Shown: piece after piece, positions 1 to 9,102 of the stretch
Layout: each line of letters starts with the position of its first letter
Position numbering within the stretch: the first letter of the stretch is position 1
Source of the DNA: the human T2T-CHM13v2.0 reference genome, Homo sapiens
Assembly (NCBI RefSeq): GCF_009914755.1
Contig: NC_060938.1
Length of the DNA: 64,000 nucleotides
Direction: 5' to 3' (one strand)
Notes under the pieces: generated by a model
The model's database searches: none
What the model was told of the DNA's origin: nothing
The model's input: only the letters and a program-made list of their open reading frames with translations
Position numbers and translations under genes: made by a program

Positions 1-956
1 AGCCCAGCTCTGAGAGACCCTCCCTGCTACCAGGAGGTGATAACTTTATTTTTCCTTTTTCTTTCTTGTTTTCTTATTTTTCTTATTGGTCTTCTTGTAA
101 ATTGGGAAAGAGGGAGACTGTGGAACAAGGTGCACAGGATGAGCCCACCCTGCCTCCATGGCTCAGGGACTACAGGACCACAGCCTGCTGGCATCTGGCT
201 GCAGACAGGACTCTCAATGACCCAGGATGAAGGGTGACTATAAGGTGATGTGCACACGTGAGGAGCTGCCAGAGAGCCCCTCAGGTCCCACAGTCAAGGA
301 CCCCCTCAAGCACTGCCCCACCCCAGAGTCTGGGCTGGGCACCAGCATTGTCCATTGTCAATTAGCAAGGTCTCTGGTCAAGGCTGGGCAGAGGTTGAGC
401 ACTGCCCAGGCCCCCCATACCCTTGGAGGGCAGGGCAGGAGGGTGGCAGGCCTCAAGGCAGGAACGGGGACCAGGACCAGGGCACCCTGTGTTAATGGGA
501 GAACAGGTGCCCAGCTGGGTCCCAGGGCTGCCCAGCCCGACCAGCTGCACACAGCCTAGGACAGGCATTCAGGGGAGGGGCAGGCTGGGAACGGGGCAGA
601 AGCACACCTGGTGACAGGGCACCCAGCATCTCAGAGTGCAGGCTTCCGAACCCAGCTGGCAGACCCCATCAGCTGGGGTGATGGCCAGGGCTCCTAGGGT
701 CCCTGAAAGATGAGCACCCAGGATGGCGACTCATGCAGAAAGAGCTGCCTCCCTCCAGGGCGGACTCCCCCATGTGCCAGAAAAGTAGGTGCTGTCCCTG
801 TCCCTGCACAGCCAGAAATAGGGCTGGGCTCTCCTTGCGGCAGAAGGGATTGAGGTCAAACAGGAGGAACTCGTGGAGGCCAAGGGGCAGCACCCCTGGT
901 CCACCACCAGCCAGCCTTCACTGCACAGCGTCAGGGAAGGGAACCCCAAGGCTGGC

Positions 957-1028
957 ACTCAGAGTGTGACACACCTCCGAGGGGAGGAGGAAACTCAGAG
1001 TGTGACACACCTCCGAGGGGAGGAGGAA
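957..1028. repeat. Perfect 36-bp tandem duplication (ACTCAGAGTGTGACACACCTCCGAGGGGAGGAGGAA x2)
   Basis: 957-992 is identical to 993-1028. Confidence 0.95.
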
Positions 1029-1250
1029 ATGAGGACCAGGCCAGTTTCCTGGTGGAACCCGGCAGTGCCAGAGCCTCTGAGCACCAGGCGCTGAGGTTGG
1101 TGCAGCAAGGCCCTCCTTGTACCAGGACTGCAGCAGGCTCCTGAGGTGAGGGCGAGTGTGTGGGAAATCTGGCGAGCGTGCCACGTGCATGCGTGAGTGT
1201 GGATATGTGGGGAGCATGCGTGCGCGTGAATATGCGGGGAGCAGCCGCAC

Positions 1251-1338
1251 CTTCTTCTCGTACACGTGCTGCCACACGATACCGGCAAAGAAGCGATGCT
1301 GCATGATCTCCTTGGCGTCCTCGGAGCCCCCGCCAAGC
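1251..1338 (-). CDS. AKT1: AKT1 coding exon 11 ([29 protein letters not shown]), last exon inside the window
   Basis: 88 nt; CAG acceptor, GTGCGG donor; translation matches human AKT1 up to K420. Confidence 0.98.
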
Positions 1339-1763
1339 CTGCAGGCAGGAAACAAGGCCACAGTGTCGCTACCGCCACCTGCCCAGGCCCTGGGTTCAGG
1401 CCCCTTCCTCCTGTGATGTAGGGCCCGCCAGACAGGACGTTCCGGGGCCAGGGAGGGGAGCCGGTGGTGCAGCGTCCCTGAGCAGCTGTGGGTAGCAAAG
1501 CACCACAGAGCTCACGGCAGGGCAGGGGCTTCCTGAGTGGGTGGGTGCAGGCTGCAGGGTTGGGGACAGAGGCCCAACTGACCCCGGCCTGCCCGCCACT
1601 CTGCTTGGGCCTGAGGCTTTGGAGATCAGCCCTGGCCAAGGACATCAAGCTTTGGCTATCAGTGTAGTCTGGGAGGTGCCAGGACCGCCTGGCGCAGGGG
1701 CAGGTGCAGCCTGGGGATGAGGGGATGGAGGTGTAGCCTGTAGCTGGGATGGGCGGCCCTCAC

Positions 1764-1978
1764 CTCTGCTTGGGGTCCTTCTTGAGCAGCCCTGAAAGCA
1801 AGGACTTGGCCTCGGGACCAAGCGTGCGCGGGAAGCGGATCTCCTCCATGAGGATGAGCTCAAAAAGCTTCTCATGGTCCTGGTTGTAGAAGGGCAGGCG
1901 ACCGCACATCATCTCGTACATGACCACGCCCAGCCCCCACCAGTCCACTGCACGGCCGTAGTCATTGTCCTCCAGCAC
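1764..1978 (-). CDS. AKT1: AKT1 coding exon 10 ([17 protein letters not shown]...KKDPKQR), kinase C-lobe
   Basis: 215 nt; CAG/GTGAGG boundaries; matches AKT1 protein. Confidence 0.98.
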
Positions 1979-2013
1979 CTGCACGGGTGGCAGATGGGCA
2001 GGACTCGGCATCA

Positions 2014-2265
<252 letters not shown>

Positions 2266-2340
2266 CTAGGGGAAAGGTGGCCTCAGGTCAGTGCCGCCAG
2301 GCCCCCAGGGCCCTGCCCCCCTGCCTGCCCGCCAGCGCAC

Positions 2341-2466
2341 CTTGAGGTCCCGGTACACCACGTTCTTCTCCGAGTGCAGGTAGTCCAGGGCTGACACAAT
2401 CTCAGCGCCATAGAAGCGGGCCCGGTCCTCGGAGAACACACGCTCCCGGGACAGGTGGAAGAACAG
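2341..2466 (-). CDS. AKT1: AKT1 coding exon 8 ([42 protein letters not shown]), catalytic loop
   Basis: 126 nt; CAG/GTGCGC; YRDLK motif. Confidence 0.98.
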
Positions 2467-2797
2467 CTGCGGGAGGCGCAACCTGAGGCACAGCCGTGGC
2501 TCGGGCCTCTGCCCCCATGGCCTGCAGGGCTGGGGTTTCTCAGACCGGGTCTCGGCATTGCACAGGGAAGGGACCAGCCACCAGAGGGCACGGGGGCCTG
2601 GAAAGTCTCAGAAGCCCTAACTCAGCAGGAACAAGTCACCCCACAGCAGGCAGCTGCCTGGGCAGGCATCACACCACCCACCCAGCAGGGAGCACCGTCT
2701 GGTGCCATGGAGAGTAGCCGAGGCTCCGGGAAGGACCGGCCCCACCATGGGCGGCCCACAGGCCGCGAAGTCCATCCCCCGCAGCCCCAGCCCCTAC

Positions 2798-2866
2798 CTC
2801 GCCCCCGTTGGCGTACTCCATGACAAAGCAGAGGCGGTCGTGGGTCTGGAAAGAGTACTTCAGGGC
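2798..2866 (-). CDS. AKT1: AKT1 coding exon 7 ([23 protein letters not shown]), hinge region
   Basis: 69 nt; CAG/GTAGGG. Confidence 0.98.
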
Positions 2867-2917
2867 CTGCAAGGAAGGGGAGCTGGAACTGCGGCCCCAC
2901 AGGCAGGACGGCAGCCC

Positions 2918-3162
2918 CGCACCACGCTGCCCGACACCACGCTGCTTGATACCACGTCGCCTGATACCACACCGCCCGTAGCCCCACACCACACTGCCCG
3001 ACACCACGCTGCCTGATACCACACCGCCCGATACCACACTGCCCCACACCACACACCCCATCACACTGCCCCACACCACACACCCCCACATCACACTGCC
3101 CCCATGCCACGCTGCCCCACACCACACTGCCCCACACCACACTGCCTCATGCCACGCCACCA
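2918..3162. repeat. Degenerate roughly 15-bp minisatellite (CACCAC[AG]CTGCCC[CG]A-like)
   Basis: Repeated caccacactgccc/caccacgctgc units just upstream of the exon 7 acceptor. Confidence 0.85.
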
Positions 3163-3823
3163 TCAGGCTGGGCCCCGGCAGCCCCTGAGGTGCCAAGGAG
3201 TGTTTGAAAGGTGAGCAAGGTGGCCTGGGCTCAGGTCCTCCAGGGTGAGTTGGGACCTCAGCAGGGGACAGTGCTCCCAGCACCAGGGCCTTCGCAAAGG
3301 GAGGACACACCCTCCCAGGCGAGACCCACCCTCCCGCCTTCCACCACAGGCGACTGTGCTTTTAAAGCAAAGGCCCCATCTGCAGGAGAATCGTCCCCAA
3401 ACACAGTGACCTGGAACTAACCAAGTGGCTGGACCCTGGCCCCCTTCACAGTAAATACCTCCTGGGCCAAGTCCCCAGAACAGGTTCTGCAGGACAGAGC
3501 CCGGGCCTCAACAAAAGCCTGGCAGGCAGGGCTGCAGGGCATGGGGAGCTGGGGCCTCCTGGAGCCTCGGCAGAGTGCAAGGAAGACCAGGGCCACCTGC
3601 CCCACCCACCTGCCCGCACACGGGAGCAGCGAGCACAGCCCCTAGCCCACACTGGGCACCTCCACAGCCTGACCCTCCAGGGCAGGCCTGTCTCACCAGC
3701 GGCGGAGTCCACGGTGTGTAAAGCCCTCACGTGCCCAAGAAGACAGGACATCGTCCCCTAGAGACAGCCCCAGGAGTCGCTACCTGGCCCCAGCCCTTCA
3801 GCCCCATCTGGGCTCCCACTCAC

Positions 3824-3889
3824 TGTGAGGAAGGGGTGCCTGGAGTTCTGCAGGACGCGGTTCTCGGTGAGTGTGTGGGCCACCTCGTC
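3824..3889 (-). CDS. AKT1: AKT1 coding exon 6 ([22 protein letters not shown]), alphaC helix
   Basis: 66 nt; CAG/GTGAGT. Confidence 0.98.
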
Positions 3890-3961
3890 CTGTAAAGCAG
3901 GGCTGGGTGAGCTGCCACCCCGCACCCTCATCTCCACCCTGCCCCACCGCCCCGGCCCCAC

Positions 3962-4093
3962 CTTGGCCACGATGACTTCCTTCTTGAGGATCTTCATGGC
4001 GTAGTAGCGGCCTGTGGCCTTCTCCTTCACCAGGATCACCTTGCCGAAAGTGCCCTTGCCCAGCAGCTTCAGGTACTCAAACTCGTTCATGGT
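3962..4093 (-). CDS. AKT1: AKT1 coding exon 5 ([19 protein letters not shown]...[14 protein letters not shown]), Gly-rich loop and catalytic Lys179
   Basis: 132 nt; TAG/GTGGGG; GKGTFG and AMK motifs. Confidence 0.98.
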
Positions 4094-4537
4094 CTATGGG
4101 CAGGCACCAGGGTCAGCAAGCGGCGCTGCCAACAGTGCCCAGCTGGTCGGCATGCGTGGGGTGGCATGAGGGGCCCCAGAGTCGGAGGCAGAGCCAGGAG
4201 AGGCGTCCACTTCACACCTGGTGGCCTACTGGGCTCAGCGGGGAGTCCAGGCTTACAGGGAACACATGGCTGCGGCCCCAGCTCAGAGCATGGGGTTCAG
4301 GGAAGGGTGGGGTAACATTGCCCAAGCCTGGCAGGGCTCAGCAACCCCAGTTTTCCTCTGACATGGGGAAGAGGACCCACCTGGGAAGCAGCTGCGCCCT
4401 ACATGGAAAACCGGCCTAGGTGGAGATGCCGTGGAGTGCTGAGTGTCTCCTGGGCCGAGCTGGGACCCCATGACCCACCCAGCCCTCCACAGTCCAAGGC
4501 AGCCCCAGGCACAGGCAGAAGTGGGGACAGGCCTCAC

Positions 4538-4685
4538 CACGCGGTGCTTGGGCTTGGCCAGGGACACCTCCATCTCTTCAGCCCCTGAGTTGTCACTGGG
4601 TGAGCCCGACCGGAAGTCCATCTCCTCCTCCTCCTGCTTCTTGAGGCCGTCAGCCACAGTCTGGATGGCGGTTGTCCACTCCTCC
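4538..4685 (-). CDS. AKT1: AKT1 coding exon 4 ([49 protein letters not shown]), PH C-terminus and linker
   Basis: 148 nt; CAG/GTGAGG. Confidence 0.98.
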
Positions 4686-4894
4686 CTGCAGGAGGTCAGG
4701 TGAGGCTGCAGGCCTGTACCAGATCAGGAGCTCCACCCCACGTCTTTCACCCACCCGCCAGCCTCACAAGCGTGGTTCCACAGCTGTCGGGGTTCCCAGA
4801 GACAGCCCTGAGGAGGCCACCACTTGACCTGGTCTGGCCACATACACTCAGGGTCACGAAGCCCTCTTGGACGTGGGGGACACCCAGGCTTAGC

Positions 4895-5025
4895 CCCCCA
4901 GCAGGACTCTGTCCCCACAACCGGACTCCAACCCCCAGCAGGACTCCGCCCCCCAGCAGGACTCCGCCCCCCCCAAGCAGGACTCCGCCTCCCAAGCAGG
5001 ACTCCGCCCCCCAAGGAGGACTGGC
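4895..5025. repeat. 18-21-bp minisatellite (CCCCCAGCAGGACTCCG) x about 6
   Basis: Repeated agcaggactccg units with variable C-runs, abutting an Alu tail. Confidence 0.85.
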
Positions 5026-5038
5026 CCTCTCCACCGGG

Positions 5039-5332
5039 TTTTTCTTTTTTTGAGACGGAGTCTTGCTCTATCGCCCTGGCTGGAGTGCAGTGGTAAAATC
5101 TCGGCTCCTGCAGCCTCTGCCTCTCGGGTTCAAGCGATTCTTGTGCCTCAGCCTCCCAAGTAGCCGGGATTACAGGTGTGCACCACCACACCCAGCTAAG
5201 TTTTATATTTTTAGTAGAGACGGGGGTTTCACCATGTTGGCAGGCTAGTCTCAAACTCCTGGTCTCAAGTGATCTGCGCACCTCGGCCTCCCAAAGTGCC
5301 GAGATTATAGACGTGAGCCACTGCACCCGGTC
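5039..5332 (-). mobile_element. Alu (AluS-like) in an AKT1 intron
   Basis: T-tail followed by gagacggagtcttgct...gtgagccactgcacccgg. Confidence 0.95.
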
Positions 5333-5544
5333 CCTAGCCAGTTTTTATCTCCAGCCTCAGTTTCCCCACCCAAACCCCACAGGCAGGACTGGGCCAGTTT
5401 CCAAACTGGGCTCTGAGGAGGGCCTGGGAGCACTGGGGAGTGAGGATGGCTACAGGCAGAGGTGCCAGCACCCCGCCATCCCCGTGTCCCTCCTAAGCGC
5501 TGGGGCTGCCCAAGTGCCTGGCCTGGCCGCCACAGCCCACGTAC

Positions 5545-5656
5545 CGCTCCTCAGGAGTCTCCACATGGAAGGTGCGTTCGATGACAGTGGTCCACTGCAG
5601 GCAGCGGATGATGAAGGTGTTGGGCCGGGGCCGCTCCGTCTTCATCAGCTGGCACT
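5545..5656 (-). CDS. AKT1: AKT1 coding exon 3 ([38 protein letters not shown]), PH domain
   Basis: 112 nt; CAG/GTACGT; Met63 ATG at 5643-5645. Confidence 0.98.
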
Positions 5657-6099
5657 CTGCGGGCAGGCAGAGCCTCTGTCTGCGTGCATCCCCCTGCCCC
5701 TCCCAGGGCCCTCACCACAGCCCCCGCTGCACCAGCCAGCTCCCCTTGCATACCACCCACCAGGTCCTGGGAAGCCCCATCTCTTCCTCTCTCCAAGCCT
5801 CAGTTTCTCGCCTCACAGAGTGGGGCTAGGACCCCTGTTCCAGCTCAGACACTCTACTCCAGGCTGAGGCAGCCACACAGGGCATCTGGCCCGGCGTCAG
5901 GTCAAACCCCCACCATCGTCCACTCCTACAGTCCTTCCTTCAGTCTCTGAGCCCCGCCGTGCGCCAGGCCTCAGAGGATGAGGGGTATGGAGATCCCACA
6001 GAGGGGCTGGCATGAGGGGGGCACCCCAGAAACCTGCTTGTCCCACCTAGTGTAGAAATGTCCTGCTTTTTTCCCAACCTCACCCTGAGTACCTGGGAA

Positions 6100-6478
6100 A
6101 TACAGCCACCTGGAGCACACCCACACCTGGGGCACACCCACACCTGGGGCACAGGCACACCTGGGGCACAGCCACACCTGGGGCACAGGCACACCTGGGG
6201 CACAGCCACACCTGGGGCACACATACATCTGGGGCACACACACACTGGAGGCAAAGCCACACCTGGGGCACACGCACACCTGAGGCACACACCTGGGGCA
6301 CACGCACACCTGGGACACAGCCACACTGGAATACACAGACATCTAGAACACATCTAGACACCTAGCCACATCTGGGGCACACGAACACCTGGGGCACACG
6401 CACACCTGGGGCACAGCCACACCTGGGGCACAAGCACACCTGGGGAACACATACCTGGGGCACAGCCACACCTACAGC
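6100..6478. repeat. Roughly 17-bp minisatellite (CACACCTGGGGCACAGC-like), about 20 units
   Basis: Repeated cacacctggggcac. Confidence 0.92.
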
Positions 6479-8481
6479 ACGTACACCCTGAGGGCTGTGG
6501 GAACGTGCGGGGCCCTGAGAGGTGTGAGTGAGTGGAGTGTGTAGCCGCTGGGGCTCCGTGGCAGGCTCTGGCCCAGCCTGTGCAAAGCAGGAGGAGGCTG
6601 AGGGGCCAGTGGGGGGCCTCTGACATTCCAGCATCGAGGCCCTGGCAACCACAAGGGGGCCTGGCCAGGCAGCAAGGAAGCTGTCTTCCAGGCCTGGGGG
6701 CCAGGAGGGGGCTCGGGACCAGCCTGGTGGGGAGGGTGGCCTGTGTCAACACAGGCCAGAGAAGTGGAAACCGGTGTGAAGCCCCGGCACACCCACCTCC
6801 CACTCGCTCCTGGATGGTCCGATCTGCCCCAGTATGCAATCCCCAGGGCCAGAGTCTCGAGCCCACTGCCCCGGAACCGTTCCCCGGAGAAAAGCCCCGG
6901 ACAGAGGCCCAGCACAGCCCCTGGCCCCTGCCCAGCTCTGCTCCTTGGCCAGGCGCTCCAGGCCACTCACCTATGGCCTAATCTGAAGGCCCCAGCCTTG
7001 CCAGCTGCTCAGGCAACACCTCCAGCTGGTACCCACCCGTGTGCCTCTCCAGAGAGCTCCCCACCTCGTTCCTTCCCAATGCCTCGGCCTGGCGAGCACA
7101 CCCACAGCACCCACCCCCAGCAAGGCCCTGTCCCAGGTGCCACCAGGCACGCTGCTGGCACCCAGCCTCTCCCTGATCCCTGAAGCCCCCAGCCCCAACC
7201 GAGGAGACACTGGGGAGGGTGTGGGACAAGTCACAGTGAGTCTCCTGCATGGTTACGAGGCTGTCAGGAGACAGGGGTGTCTGCCTTCCTGGTCTCCCCT
7301 CACCCCTGGGGTGCCCTACTCTATCAGGCTGCCCTGCTACTGCTGGCTTGAGGCTGGAAGAGCCAGGGAAGGAGACCTCGGCTTACAGGAACCAGGTCCT
7401 GGTAAACCCCACCCCAACCCCAGCCCCTCAGCCTGGGGCTTTGCAGGGCAAGGCCTCTGCCCCTCCCAACTAGAAGCTTCAGGGCACGGTTTGCTGGCCA
7501 CAGACCACCTAGCAGCCAGGGTGCCAGACTGACCCCACCTCCCCTTATACGTGCAGGCACCAAGGGTGGGAGTCCTTCCCTGCCCAGCCTGGGGACGGAT
7601 TCCCTGCATTTAACCTCCTCCCAGACCCTGGACCAGAACCTGGGGGTCCAGCAAGTTCAAGGGAGTCGGAGGACCGCAGGCCTCAAAGAAAGGAGGGCAG
7701 AGCTACTTGGAGGGGAGGGGCCGATGCAGCACATGGGGATGGAACCTAAGGCCAGCCCCTGGTGGGCACCTCGCTCTGCACCACAGACCTGCCTGAGACA
7801 GATCCCAGAGGCCTGCAGTTACCCAGCCCTGCCACATACAGATGGCCCACAACTGGGCCCTAATTAGCCACTCAGTCACACCTGCATGCCCAACCCGTGT
7901 CTCTGGCTGCCACAGGCAGAGCTGGGCTCCAGGACAGGGACACAGAAAATGGGGACCATGCTGGGAGGCCCACGTGTCCCCAGCCTCCCACCTAGCAGGG
8001 CGCCTGGGTCTCCATGCCAGGGTTCCCGTCTGACATGGGTAGGGTCGCACCTGCCCCCGCTACAGGTAAGGAATAAAGCCACAGCAGGGCGGAGCAGGGA
8101 GCGTCACATGTCTCTCATCTCTGTGGGATGCTCCGGCCAAGGTCCCCCGCTGGCCTTTCTGCACCTGCCCCTCCATGGGCAAGGAGGCAGCCTCACAGAG
8201 GGGAAGCAAAGGCTCTGCCATGGGGTCTGGAGGCTGAGAGCCTGTGCAGGGAGAGGCACGAGCTCTTCCTCGAGTGATGGAGGCTTCAGAGCTGGAGACC
8301 CCAATGGACTCTTGCCCCCTCACCCAAGGGGTTTCCCAAGGAGAGGCCCTGATGGGCTCTATCTAACCCCCTTGGAGGAGGGGCCCCCGGGGCAGCTGTC
8401 CACCCTGAGACTGGGCTCTGCTGCCACTTGTCCGGACCCTCCAGCTTCCAGAGCATGGGCACCAGGGAACTGCTCCAGGGT

Positions 8482-8848
8482 CAGCCAGCCTTGGGACTCG
8501 GCCCAGAGACCCCCGCCCAGCCAGCCTCGGCCTCAGGACTCTGCCCAGAAACCCCTGCCCAGCCGGCCTCGGCCTCGGGACTCAGCCCAGAGACCCCGGC
8601 CCAGCCAGCCTCGGCCTCGGGACTCGGACCAGAGACCCCCGCCCAGCCAGCCTCAGGACTCAGCTCGGAGACCCCTGCCCAGCCAGCCTCGGCCTCGGGA
8701 CTTGGACCAGAGACCCCTGCCCAGCCAGCCTCGGCCTTAGGACTCAGCCTGGAGACTCCCACCCAGCCAGCCTCAGCTTTGGGACTCAGCCCGGAGACCC
8801 CTGCCCAGCCAGCCTCGGGACTCGGCCCAGAGACCCCCACCCAGCCAG
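8482..8848. repeat. 42/36-bp minisatellite, 9 units
   Basis: GGACT anchors at 8494, 8536, 8578, 8620, 8656, 8698, 8740, 8782, 8818. Confidence 0.93.
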
Positions 8849-8973
8849 TGCTTGTTGCTTGCCAGCCCAGGACTTGGAGGCTCCAGGGGACCCCCATCGT
8901 GGGGCCTGGTGGGCAAAGAGGGCTCCAGCCAACCCCCCAAATCTGAATCCCGAGAGGCCAAGGGGATACTTAC

Positions 8974-9102
8974 GCGCCACAGAGAAGTTGTTGAGGGGAG
9001 CCTCACGTTGGTCCACATCCTGCGGCCGCTCCTTGTAGCCAATGAAGGTGCCATCATTCTTGAGGAGGAAGTAGCGTGGCCGCCAGGTCTTGATGTACTC
9101 CC
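8974..9102 (-). CDS. AKT1: AKT1 coding exon 2 ([43 protein letters not shown]), PH domain; codon 17 is wild-type GAG (9098-9100)
   Basis: 129 nt; TAG/GTAAGT. Confidence 0.98.

Noticed and set aside
4724-5326. Alu-derived ORFs (here and many beyond 40 kb)
   Set aside because: Typical Alu translation words ([25 protein letters not shown])
9098-9100. AKT1 E17K hotspot
   Set aside because: The codon is GAG (Glu); I saw no coding change in any AKT1 exon
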